This document shows, in pieces, positions 20,309-30,378 of a stretch of 64,000 nt of DNA; the stretch's first letter is position 1, and each line of letters opens with the position of its first letter. The position numbers and the translations under genes are program-made. Under the pieces are notes generated by a model. It saw only the letters and a list, made by a program, of their open reading frames with translations. It did no database searches and was not told the origin of the DNA. This DNA is from a virus: positions 18,338 to 82,337 of the IMG/VR virus record IMGVR_UViG_3300028490_000005. One strand, written 5' to 3'.

Positions 20309-21376
20309 ATGGGAAAATATAACTGGGATAACCTGAAAGGAAATTTACAAAAAGGTGTTGGTGAAAAAACACAAAACGACTTCAATGATCCACGAGAGTG
20401 GAAACTACAAAGAGATGAAAATGATAACGGTACAGCAGTAATTAGATTGCTTCCAGGTAAAGGTGGAGACACTCCTGCAGTAGTACGAGTTTACGAACAT
20501 TCACTCAGATTCTTCAACAAACAATCAAACAAATATAGATGGTTCATCGAATCTTCCCCATCAAGTATCAAAAAAGACTGTCCTGTAAGTCAAGCATGGT
20601 ATGAATTAGGTGATGTTGGTACGGATGAAGCTAAGAAAATGCAAGAAGCATTTAAGCGTTCTACAAAATTTGTGTCTAATATTCTTGTGGTGAATGACCC
20701 TATGAATCCAGAAAACAATGGTAAAATCTTCTATTGGAAGTACGGTGTTAAATTATTCGATAAGTTCCAGTCTGTTCTTGAACTAACTGAACAACAAATT
20801 AAGGTTGGTAAGAAGCCAATTCAATTATTCGACCCTGAAGACGGTGCTGATATCATACTTGAAATAGCAAAAGTTGGTAACTTCTTGAACTATGACGGTA
20901 CTACAATTGAAACTCCTTCAAGAGCATTCGATACAGACGAAGAAATGGATGAAGCAGTGCTTGAAAAATGTTTCGACTTAACTGAATTTATCAGCGAAGA
21001 TTACTACAAACCATACAGTGAATTGAAAAAGAAACTTGCGTGGGTAATTGAAAAGCAACCAATCGAATCTTTCTTAATTGAAAATGGTTCACAAGTGATT
21101 ACTGAACTTTATAAAAAGAATGCATCAACAGACAACTCATCTTCTGAAGATAGAGAAACTTCTAGTATGCCCAGCACTTCTTATACACCAAAAACTAAAA
21201 AAGCTCCAGAGCCCACAGTTGAAGTGAACGAAGATCCTGCAGTAGAGGAAACTCCTGAAGCAGTTGAAAAGCCAGTAGTAAAGAAGCCAACAGTTGAGAA
21301 AAAAGCTACTAAAGCAAAACCTCAAGGTGAAACAGAAGAAGATATGGACATACTAGCAATGCTAGATGATATGTAA
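20309..21376 (+). CDS. 32: Single-stranded DNA-binding protein gp32
   Basis: DPREWKL..DENDNGTAVIRLLP, WKYGVKLFDK, FDPEDGA, acidic tail ending MLDDM. Confidence 0.95.
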   Translation: MGKYNWDNLKGNLQKGVGEKTQNDFNDPREWKLQRDENDNGTAVIRLLPGKGGDTPAVVRVYEHSLRFFNKQSNKYRWFIESSPSSIKKDCPVSQAWYELGDVGTDEAKKMQEAFKRSTKFVSNILVVNDPMNPENNGKIFYWKYGVKLFDKFQSVLELTEQQIKVGKKPIQLFDPEDGADIILEIAKVGNFLNYDGTTIETPSRAFDTDEEMDEAVLEKCFDLTEFISEDYYKPYSELKKKLAWVIEKQPIESFLIENGSQVITELYKKNASTDNSSSEDRETSSMPSTSYTPKTKKAPEPTVEVNEDPAVEETPEAVEKPVVKKPTVEKKATKAKPQGETEEDMDILAMLDDM

Positions 21377-21378
21377 TT

Positions 21379-22179
21379 CTAGACTGACACCAATTTATAA
21401 CCACAGAACTTAGAACGTCCTTGGTTGTGAATTCGTTTAAAAATTCCTTGGTTTGTGATGTCACTATATACTCTACAAGAGTCAATGTATTTGCATGCAT
21501 TCTTAGGCAGTCCAACATCGACTAAAGTTTCATACATTGCACCCTGAGCGACAATTTCACCAAGTAAATCATAAATTATTATCTCCCTAGCCATAGGGTT
21601 ATCGGTGCCAAGTCGTTTTCCTTTTCTAACATTAGACATTTTGTTCTTTGTTTCTTGAGAAAGAACTTTACCTAAATTTGCTTGTCTTAATTTTTCAAGG
21701 TGTTCTTTTGATTTTTGTTTTCCTTTTAATGAATTAGATATTTTTTGACGGTGTTCAGGTGGTAAATTTTTACCCCTGAACGCAGAGCCATTTTTATATC
21801 TAGTTTCATCGGAAGGGTTTCTGTGACCTTCACTTATTCTTTTTCTAGTTTCTTTTGAAAAAATTATACCTGATTGGTCGAATCCAGAAGAAGTTTGTTT
21901 AGCTTTATTAATGAATTTTTCATTTTTCGCAACATCAAACTTCTCATGTAGGAATATTTCATATTCAATTGCAGATTCTCTATCTACAAATGTTTCAATG
22001 ATAAAATATAAGTATTCTTCTGGGTTTGAAATTTGTCTTTGTTTAAAATTTTTATCAGTTGAAGAAGTACGGTATTTTGTGATATCGACTTCTGGTTCGA
22101 TATCACTTGAACGTGCACCTATGTAGTATCTATCAGTTGGTATTTCAAAAACTATATATACATAATTATATTTTTTCAT
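21379..22179 (-). mobile_element. Free-standing GIY-YIG (Seg-like) homing endonuclease with NUMOD3 repeats
   Basis: YVY...YYIG, Y.TSS, E and N of the catalytic domain; repeats such as SKETRKRIS, SKEHLEKL, SQETKNKMS; only minus-strand gene; own TTAAATAACT promoter at 22207-22216. Confidence 0.88.
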
Positions 22180-22485
22180 TTATATCTTCCTATGTGCTAT
22201 TTATATAGTTATTTAATGATTAAGTTAAAATTAAGAAGTAATAGATATAATAGAGTTTCAAAGGAGTTAAAATGGAACAAATTCAAGAATCTTTTGATTC
22301 AATGAAGTGTGGGATGAAATATTTCATCCTTCAAGAGGGGTCTAGTGTAGAACTAGGTAAATTTCAAGTCGATGAAAAGACAGATAATGTTATTCTGTTC
22401 AGTAACATGAATAAGAAAGTTGAGTTCGGACTTTCGATTTTCAAGGAAGATTTTGGAAATTATGAAGTATACAAAATAAAGGAGA

Positions 22486-23580
22486 ATGATTAATATGGTA
22501 CTAATTGATTTTTCCCATATGTCGATGCGTAACTTATATGTCGCCCTTTCTCAAGCTAGACCGAGAAAGGTCGAGGGAGAGTACATTACGAGTGAATTCA
22601 TAACATTTTATTACCACTTGATGCTACAATCTTTGAGACATATATCAGATAAATTTGATAATTACGGTGAAATTGTCCTTGCTTTAGATAGTAAGGACAA
22701 TTGGCGTAAAGATATCTATCCAGAATACAAGGGTCACAGAAAGAAAGATCGTGATAAGAGTGAAGTGAATTTCAGTGAATTCTTTGAATATGTTGAATCT
22801 TTCACTGATGTATTGAATGCTAATTTTCCTTATAAGGTGATACGAGTTCATAGAGCCGAAGCAGATGATATTATTGGTATTTTAGCTGAAAGATATGCTG
22901 ATTATGAAAAGGTCATAGCCGTTTCCAGTGATAAAGACTTTAAACAAATCCTTGAAGTTGGTGCTGAATTATATGACCCAATTAAAAAGGCAAAGATTAG
23001 AATGTCCACTGAAGAATTGAAGAAATGGAAAATTGTACACATATTATGTGGTGATTCTGCTGATAATATTCCTCATGTTAAAAGAGGTACGGAATTCACG
23101 CCAACATTTATTTCATACTTAAAAGAAAATGAAATTCACGTGAAAGACCCAGCAACTTTTAATAAATTGACAATATCAGAGAAATTATATTCTGATTTCA
23201 ATGTTTATAAAGTCAATAAAAAGGGAGAAGTGCTTGATGAATTGGACATATTCAAAGCAACACCATTCGGTCCAAAGACGGCTGAAAAGTTTGCAGATGA
23301 TTTGAAATCAAATCTAAAATTAAATCCTATATATGCGTCTAATTTTAGGCGAAATATGGACTTGGTATTATTTAGTAAGATACCTCAAGATATTCAAGAC
23401 ACTATCATTAATGATTTTAAGGGTATTGAAGTTCAATATGACCCGAATGGTATTTTCAAGTTTCTTTCTGAAAACCATTTAAGTCAACAATTAATGAATG
23501 TTACTGACTTCTATATAGATTCTAAAAAATCTCAGGATAGAACTTCATCTCCTGCTGAAGCAATGGATGAATGGATTTAA
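22486..23580 (+). CDS. rnh: T4-type RNase H / 5'-3' exonuclease
   Basis: LIDFS, WRKDIYPEYKGHR, EADDIIG, SSDKDFKQ, GDSADNIP. Confidence 0.93.
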   Translation: MINMVLIDFSHMSMRNLYVALSQARPRKVEGEYITSEFITFYYHLMLQSLRHISDKFDNYGEIVLALDSKDNWRKDIYPEYKGHRKKDRDKSEVNFSEFFEYVESFTDVLNANFPYKVIRVHRAEADDIIGILAERYADYEKVIAVSSDKDFKQILEVGAELYDPIKKAKIRMSTEELKKWKIVHILCGDSADNIPHVKRGTEFTPTFISYLKENEIHVKDPATFNKLTISEKLYSDFNVYKVNKKGEVLDELDIFKATPFGPKTAEKFADDLKSNLKLNPIYASNFRRNMDLVLFSKIPQDIQDTIINDFKGIEVQYDPNGIFKFLSENHLSQQLMNVTDFYIDSKKSQDRTSSPAEAMDEWI

Positions 23581-23624
23581 GTGAGTTGTAAGAAACTCAC
23601 GCTATAATTGGTAAAGGATTAATA

Positions 23625-24192
23625 ATGGTACATAACGCATTTAAATCTGCTTTGAAAAAAGCAGGATTATTGGAATCAAGTGCTTCTTTCGATAGAGCAG
23701 AAAATTACTACACTGTCATCAAGGTGACAACTAAAGAAGTGGCTGACAAGTTTCTATTCGAAGCAAAGAAGCTCGGTATTAAACACAAAGCAAGTCTATA
23801 CGCTGGATCAGATCAGATCTGGGTATTCAAAGCATATAATTAAAGGGATAAAAATGAAAATAGAATTAAATCATGAATTGGATGACATCGAACAAATTAT
23901 AGAAGAAGCATTAATCACAGATGATACTTCTGATATCAATGAAGTTAAGGAATCTTTACGAAGATTCAATACCGCATTTCAGGCGTTTGAAGTAGGAATA
24001 TTTGTAGGGTATGTTGGAATTGTAAAAGGTGAACCAATTACAAAGATGTCAGAAATCATACAAGAAATTATCAACCGTGATGGATACCAAGTATTCACTG
24101 AATTACTCGAAATGATAGAGGTTCCATACTTAAAAGAAGTTGAACTTATAAGAGAACTTGCTGAAGATGGTAACGAAGATACGATAGATTAA
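23625..24192 (+). other. Two hypothetical genes (72 aa; 112 aa acidic)
   Basis: RBS present, promoter at 23576-23608. Confidence 0.55.
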
Positions 24193-24201
24193 GGAGATAA
24201 T

Positions 24202-25212
24202 TTGCTAGATCCTATAAATACAAAATATTTTAGATATGCTGTAGGTTCGGATGTTGGCAAGGAAACTCCTAATGACATTTCCGCGAAATGTGTAATCTGT
24301 GGGGACTCTGATAAAGATTCCCGACAAAAAAGACTACACCTATATCGAAAAGAAAGATATGATGATGATGCTATACATTGTTTTAATTGTGAATTTTCTG
24401 GGAATATGTATAGTTTCCTTAAAGAAGTGAACTCAAACCTATTTGAACAATATAAGAAAGAAAAAAGAGAGTCTAGTTTTGCTAACTTGAAAAGTAAAAG
24501 GGAAAATACTCAAACTGACATTGATGAAGTGCCATCATTCATATATAAGAAGAAAGAAGCTCCGAAATTTAAGACATTCAAATTACCACCAGAATTATCA
24601 CCAGCAATCGAAAGTGAAAGGGCAACCGAGTATCTTAATGGTAGGATGATAGACCCGTTGGAAATGTTTTATTCTGAGACAAGCTTTAAGTACAATGGGA
24701 AAATATTACCAATAAAAGACTGTGTGGTAATCCCTCTATGGTACAAACGTGAAGATGAATTGGTATATGGATTTCAAGCCAGAAGTATAGAAGGAAAGAC
24801 ATTCTATACATATATTCCAGATGAAAATAGTGGGATGAAAATATGGCTCGGTATTGATTTTGGTGAACATAGTGACATAGTATTGGTTGCCGAGAGTGCA
24901 TTTGATGCAATGAGCATGGGTGTGCCAGCAAAATATTCTGGTGCAATTTTAGGTGCTTCTGAAAATGATTATTTCAAACAACACTATAAGAAGGTTGTTT
25001 GGTGTCTAGACAATCAGAGATTAGACCATACCGCAAAGAGTAAGACAAAAGATTTACTAAAAATGGGTGAATATGTATTCATTTGGCCAAAGGGTGTGAA
25101 GGAGAAGGATTTCAATAAAATGAAGACTTCCGGAGCCACTGATGAGGAGATAAAGAAAATGATTATAGAGAACACTTATCAAGGTTTAATTGGTATATCC
25201 AAATTACTGTGA
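24202..25212 (+). CDS. 61: DNA primase gp61
   Basis: Zn finger CVICGDS...HCFNC, FQARS, TOPRIM ESAFDAM, DN, KDFN. Confidence 0.92.
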   Translation: MLDPINTKYFRYAVGSDVGKETPNDISAKCVICGDSDKDSRQKRLHLYRKERYDDDAIHCFNCEFSGNMYSFLKEVNSNLFEQYKKEKRESSFANLKSKRENTQTDIDEVPSFIYKKKEAPKFKTFKLPPELSPAIESERATEYLNGRMIDPLEMFYSETSFKYNGKILPIKDCVVIPLWYKREDELVYGFQARSIEGKTFYTYIPDENSGMKIWLGIDFGEHSDIVLVAESAFDAMSMGVPAKYSGAILGASENDYFKQHYKKVVWCLDNQRLDHTAKSKTKDLLKMGEYVFIWPKGVKEKDFNKMKTSGATDEEIKKMIIENTYQGLIGISKLL

Positions 25213-25261
25213 TAACAGTATAACTCAATTAAATAACTTTATAAAACTCAGGAGAACGTAA

Positions 25262-26752
25262 ATGGTAGAGATAAGAAAAATTATAGAAAACTTAAGTGAC
25301 TATGGGCTTATTGAAGGTGAATTGAATGAATCTTCATTCAGTGCTTCAAAAATAAAGAAGGTATCAGACCTTCTTGCAGTAGTCCTTGGGCATTCTTTTG
25401 GAGAATTTAAACAACTTGGTGGAAGCCTTGGTTTTGAAGAATTCAAGAAGAAAGGGATGGGTGAAGGAAAGGGATACAAATACATGAACAACAAAGGGTT
25501 CATGATTAGATTTGGTTGGCTTAAAAAGTCTAAAAAGTCCAAATACCAAATTAACGTGGTAGACTTTTGGAATCCAAAAGATGGTAAGAAAAGATGGGAT
25601 ACACCTTCATTGACAATTAGATTAGCTGATTGGATGAATATTGTGGACGTAGTTTCTGAATTGAAAGATGTACTTATTTCTGGTAATGTTAATTCTATTG
25701 TAGAATCACATTCAGATAAGAAATCACTGTCACTATTAGAATCAAAAGAACCTGGAAGTAAATTAATCCAATACGCAGCATTTAAAGGTGTTGAATATGT
25801 TGGTCCAATGACACCTTACAAATTCATACAAACTCTTAAAGACGGTGGTCACTGGGATGAAGATGAATATAAAGGTTATGCAATCACTAAACATGAGAAA
25901 GAAAGTAACTCAACTGGAGAAGTTTTCAAAGCAGCAGACAAGAAATTGGCTGAAAAGAAATGGTCAGATCCTGAATTAGTATTTGATGACATCGAAAAGT
26001 TGACTAAGATTGTAGCAACTGGTGGAGCAAACGGACTAATTGTAGCTGGAATGGCTGGTATGGGTAAAACTTTCCACGTTGAAAAAACTATGAAGGCTTT
26101 ACTTGGTACGTCACAAGGTGCTGATGCTAAGTGGAGACACAGAAAAGGTGCTAAATTATCACCATTCGGTCTATATATGGACTTGTTCATGAATAGAAAT
26201 GATATGACTATTGTATATGATGACTCTGACTCAGTATGGAATGATAAAGATTCAGTGAATATTCTTAAGTCAGCAATTGATACATATAAGGTGAGACAAG
26301 TATCTTGGCCATCTAAAGCAACTGTGAACCTTGAGCTTATGGGTGTGGAAGAAAAAGAAGAATACCTTGAAAAATTGTATGATGCAATGGTGAATAACCC
26401 AGAAGCTGTTGGTACAAGTATTAAACTTCCTTCTGCGTTCGACTTTACATCAAGAATTATTTTCATATCAAATATGCCCGCAGCAAAATTTGATAAAGAT
26501 GCTAACATGTCTGCTATTAAGTCGAGAACATTCTTCATGGACGTTCAACTTAAGCGTGAGGATGTCATTAATAGAATTAGATCCATTCTACCATTCATTG
26601 AACCAGAAGTAGATATCAATATGAAAGAAGAAATTCTTGCTCAATTAGCAGAATCGGATCACACACTAACTATGAGAGCCGTTGTTGCCGCAATAGCAAT
26701 TAGAAAAGCTGGTCTTACAGACTGGGACAGATTGGTTAAAGAGTACGCGTAA
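25262..26752 (+). CDS. Late-expressed AAA+-type ATPase with long N-terminal domain
   Basis: GMAGMGKT, IVYDDSD, IIFISN, AIKSR; TTAAATAACT at 25229-25238. Confidence 0.75.
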   Translation: MVEIRKIIENLSDYGLIEGELNESSFSASKIKKVSDLLAVVLGHSFGEFKQLGGSLGFEEFKKKGMGEGKGYKYMNNKGFMIRFGWLKKSKKSKYQINVVDFWNPKDGKKRWDTPSLTIRLADWMNIVDVVSELKDVLISGNVNSIVESHSDKKSLSLLESKEPGSKLIQYAAFKGVEYVGPMTPYKFIQTLKDGGHWDEDEYKGYAITKHEKESNSTGEVFKAADKKLAEKKWSDPELVFDDIEKLTKIVATGGANGLIVAGMAGMGKTFHVEKTMKALLGTSQGADAKWRHRKGAKLSPFGLYMDLFMNRNDMTIVYDDSDSVWNDKDSVNILKSAIDTYKVRQVSWPSKATVNLELMGVEEKEEYLEKLYDAMVNNPEAVGTSIKLPSAFDFTSRIIFISNMPAAKFDKDANMSAIKSRTFFMDVQLKREDVINRIRSILPFIEPEVDINMKEEILAQLAESDHTLTMRAVVAAIAIRKAGLTDWDRLVKEYA

Positions 26753-26776
26753 TGGAGTCTTGGCCACCAGTATTAT

Positions 26777-26806
26777 AGAGTTTTAAGTTAATCTTAAGAC
26801 TCTTTT
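26777..26806 (+). terminator. Hairpin AGAGTTTTAAG-TTAAT-CTTAAGACTCT + TTT overlapping the next promoter
   Basis: 11-bp stem with one G-U pair, just after the ATPase stop. Confidence 0.5.
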
Positions 26807-27087
26807 AATATAATTAAGTTTAAAAAGGAGAAAATGTAAATGGAAAAAGTAATGAGTTATTTATCAACATTTGATTGGTATAGCGTCGGTATACATACTG
26901 GTGAGTTTTTAATTCAATTTTTATTCTTCCTATTCACAATACAAATCACAACCATAGTTTTCAGTAAGATAGTATTCACTACAGCAAAGGTCTCAGAAGT
27001 CACACAAGATTTCTATTCAAATGTTACAGTGATGTCTTTCATGTGGGCACTTGGAATTGTGACTTATATTAATTAATAGGATATGAA

Positions 27088-27558
27088 ATGTTAAAAGGAT
27101 TAAGAAAAGCTGGAACTGATAAAACAATTTTATTGAAAAATGTTTCGGTAGTATCTCTCGACGAAGAGAGAAATAGGATAGTGTTTAACTTCATGAACAA
27201 TATATTTGTGTTCGGAAGATGGACGCCAGATTATCATTATGCACCTTATGGTTCTCTTTTAGAAGCCAAGGAAGCATTTACGAAGATTAAGAATATGCCA
27301 TACTTTCAATTGAACTTCTTTATATCAGAAAGTGAAGATAACCTTCACCTCGTGAATAGAGATTCAGTTACCTCATTAAGTGTGAAAGAAGACGAATTAA
27401 AAGTAATTTTTAATTTAAACTTCTCAATCACTTCATATAAGGAAAACCAACCAATTGAAATTAGTAAGTTCATATTCTGGAATTACGATAATGAAGATGT
27501 GTTCGACGACGATAGATTTGAAATAATCGAGTTGTTGGGTGAAATAGAAGAAATTTAA
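27088..27558 (+). CDS. Hypothetical protein with internal duplication
   Basis: Two similar halves (V.SL.E...IVFNF / V.SL.V...VIFNL). Confidence 0.55.
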   Translation: MLKGLRKAGTDKTILLKNVSVVSLDEERNRIVFNFMNNIFVFGRWTPDYHYAPYGSLLEAKEAFTKIKNMPYFQLNFFISESEDNLHLVNRDSVTSLSVKEDELKVIFNLNFSITSYKENQPIEISKFIFWNYDNEDVFDDDRFEIIELLGEIEEI

Positions 27559-27570
27559 GGAGAAATTGAA

Positions 27571-27876
27571 ATGGAAATATACGAAGAAGTAGAAATGGTA
27601 GACGCAGACGGTAAAGAGCAAACAATGGACGTATTGGATTACGCAGCATCAATTATTGCTTGTCAAATTGAAATGAAGGCAATTCAAGACGATATAAAGA
27701 CAATCAAGGGTGAAGCGAAAGAAAACGGTGTACTTGTAAAAGAAATCGACTCAGCTATTAAAGAGATTAAGAAAGAGTTGAAGACTAATCCTGCAGACCT
27801 TGCACTAGAAGTTGAAATCACTGATATGCTTAGAAACAACCAAGATATTATGGACTCAATTGCAATGACTATCTAG
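27571..27876 (+). CDS. dsbA: dsDNA-binding protein, DsbA/GapR-like
   Basis: IQDDIKTIKGEAKENGVLVKEIDSAIK coiled-coil signature; replication-block context. Confidence 0.6.
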   Translation: MEIYEEVEMVDADGKEQTMDVLDYAASIIACQIEMKAIQDDIKTIKGEAKENGVLVKEIDSAIKEIKKELKTNPADLALEVEITDMLRNNQDIMDSIAMTI

Positions 27877-28239
27877 TCATTGCAAAATAGATTCGAAAAG
27901 GAAACAAAAATATGAAAGTAGGAATTCTAATAAAAGACTCAATGGTTTGGCGTCCAGCTAACCGTTTCTTTAAATTATTCAGGGACGGAATTGAAGCTCA
28001 GGACCACCAGTACCTTCCCCCAAAGGAAGTTTTGGTACAAACATATAATTCAATGGTTGGTAATATATACCTACTATTGAACACTGCCCTCGAACCAACC
28101 GAGTACGATTTAAAAACATTGGAAATCGAAACAAAGGATGTTTTCTACAACGATGAACTAGATGAATTGATGGAAAGTCATAGAAGATTTCAGGTAGATG
28201 ATGAATCTTATGTGAATTTAAATCAACACTTAATTATTT

Positions 28240-28557
28240 ATGATGAAAACAAAAGTGGAATTAGAATTTATTAAAGTCTTCTCTTATGGTACTCTTATAC
28301 ACAAGTATCCAAATAGTATCATCAGTGAAGACGCTGAATTGATAGGAAACTTCACACTAGACGATAGTGGTTGGTATCCTTGTTTATTCAGATATGGAAA
28401 CAAAACAACAATACATGGTCATTTACTCAATTTGACCAAAGAAGAATTATATGAAGCAGACAAATACGAAGATGAAGGTGGACTTTACTTCAGAAGAGAA
28501 GCTGAAGTAAAGGTAGGGAACTCAATCTATAAATCATGGGTATATTTTTCAAACTAG
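28240..28557 (+). CDS. Gamma-glutamylcyclotransferase (AIG2/GGCT-like)
   Basis: VFSYGTL, DKYE..GLYFR, SWVYF. Confidence 0.85.
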   Translation: MMKTKVELEFIKVFSYGTLIHKYPNSIISEDAELIGNFTLDDSGWYPCLFRYGNKTTIHGHLLNLTKEELYEADKYEDEGGLYFRREAEVKVGNSIYKSWVYFSN

Positions 28558-28946
28558 ACTCCCAAATTAAGATTGTTTTAAGCTAATCTACGCTATAATA
28601 TAGTATAAAGGCTTAAAATGAAAACTAGACAAGAACTATTAACTATTGCAACTGGTGCACAAATTCTAAGAAACACCAATTCACTTACAGAAGTTGTTAT
28701 CAGAGCAACGGATAAATTCCTAAATCAACAAGTGAATTCATATGGCAATTTATCCGTTGAATGTAATATAGGTAAATCTTCATTGAATAAATTCATCCAA
28801 ATTGAAGATATCCGTGATAGCAAACACCTTGATGAAATTGCAATTAGAAGATATTTCACGAACTTGGGAATATTTATAACTTTCAAAAACATAGGTTCCA
28901 TTGAAGATAAGTCAATTATTGTTAGTCTTGTACAAGAAGGTATTGA

Positions 28947-29279
28947 ATGAAACACCTAAAATCATTTTTACTATTATCAATATTAATTCTAAATGGTTGT
29001 ACCCATTACGAAAGTCAGGTAGCACTCGGAGCAATAGCTGGAGCATCTACTGGAGCGTTAATAGTTGATAGGAATTATAACAACTATCCTCGAGCTTCCT
29101 ATGACCGTTATTCAAGAGGTTACGGTTACGGTCAGCAACGGACTATGTACACTCAACCAATAAGACAATCAACGTACTATGTACCATACCACCCAGCGTA
29201 TAGAGATGCGTATGGTGGATACCATCCTGGGAATGGTAATACTTACGGCTATAAAACAATCACACATCCCCAATATTAA
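28947..29279 (+). CDS. Lipoprotein with glycine zipper
   Basis: Lipobox LNGC, GAIAGASTGALI, Tyr/Gly-rich tail. Confidence 0.65.
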   Translation: MKHLKSFLLLSILILNGCTHYESQVALGAIAGASTGALIVDRNYNNYPRASYDRYSRGYGYGQQRTMYTQPIRQSTYYVPYHPAYRDAYGGYHPGNGNTYGYKTITHPQY

Positions 29280-29723
29280 GATTGTTTTAAGGTTGTTTAC
29301 GCTATAATATATAAATTAAAATAAAGGTTTAAAATGTTAATACTAGAAACGGGTGAATATGGGATTCAAAGAATGAATAACACTCATACAAATAATTTGA
29401 GAAAAAAGATAGTTGTATACAAAGGCATGGATTTAACTGGAGTAATCAGTGTATCAGAAAACATTGTTAATCTCGGGTATAATGAAATTATCACATGTGA
29501 AACTGATGTCCAAGCTGGTTATTTATTTTATAAAATTGCAGAGGAGCTTTAATGAAAGTTGTATTAATGAATGTTGTATTCTATTCGTTCTTAGGATTAA
29601 CTGCGTATTTCGTAACTCCACACGTGCTGTGGGTGTTAGCATTCATTCAAGGTTATACGGAAACAAAAGAAACTAAAACACTTAAGGGTGTAGAAACTCT
29701 TGACGCTATTAAGGAAGTAATGA

Positions 29724-30089
29724 ATGATTAAAGGTGACGAGTTCTTAACTGAAGGACAACGAAGTTGGACAATGGCTAGAGTAAGAAAAGAAATTGAAAA
29801 AGTAGAAAACTTACACGGTCAATCCATCAGTAGACCATTAAGAGCGATGAAGCTTAAGGAACTGAGACTTGTATTAAAGGTAAAATTATTACAAGATAGA
29901 ATGTTATTGGAAGATAAGGTTCGAAAGGTTCTTAAGCAAGACAAGGTCGGTGGTAATTATCAACCTCATCAAGTTGCATTGGTAATAGGTGAAACTGAAA
30001 GACAAGCTGTCGTGATTGAGCGTAAAGCTCTTGCGAAACTAAAATCACCAACACTAGGTAAACGGATTAGAGGAGCAATGTATGCGTAA
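29724..30089 (+). CDS. Small protein with sigma70 region-4-like HTH
   Basis: VALVIGETERQAVVIERKALAKLKSP resembles RpoD [20 protein letters not shown]. Confidence 0.6.
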   Translation: MIKGDEFLTEGQRSWTMARVRKEIEKVENLHGQSISRPLRAMKLKELRLVLKVKLLQDRMLLEDKVRKVLKQDKVGGNYQPHQVALVIGETERQAVVIERKALAKLKSPTLGKRIRGAMYA

Positions 30090-30378
30090 TTTTAAATTTG
30101 ACAAACCAGATGCAAATAAGACTAAGTTCAAATCAATAAGAATTTTTGTAATTTCATTTATTGTATTGGTATTTGTTATTATAGTTGCTTCTTGTATTAA
30201 TAGAGATTATGATTATTCTGTAATCTCAAATGAAAAGGTTATCGGATACACATTTACACCTTACGCGACTGAAGGTTGTGTTGTATATTACACTAAAGAT
30301 GGAGTAATGAAGGGAACTACTTGTGGTAACTTCACTATTCAAAAAGGCTATAAAGCCAAAGTGAATCAGGATTATTAA
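30082..30378 (+). CDS. Membrane-anchored protein of the GC...CG.F.I family
   Basis: Hydrophobic segment, then GCVVY...TCGNFTIQK; paralogs at 31443, 58073, 63192. Confidence 0.55.
   Translation: MRNFKFDKPDANKTKFKSIRIFVISFIVLVFVIIVASCINRDYDYSVISNEKVIGYTFTPYATEGCVVYYTKDGVMKGTTCGNFTIQKGYKAKVNQDY

Noticed and set aside
29449-29676. Track ORF of 75 aa (likewise 12537, 26409, 44757, 48817)
   Set aside because: Out-of-frame overlaps; at 29.5 kb the better gene is 29552-29731 with a GAGGAG RBS
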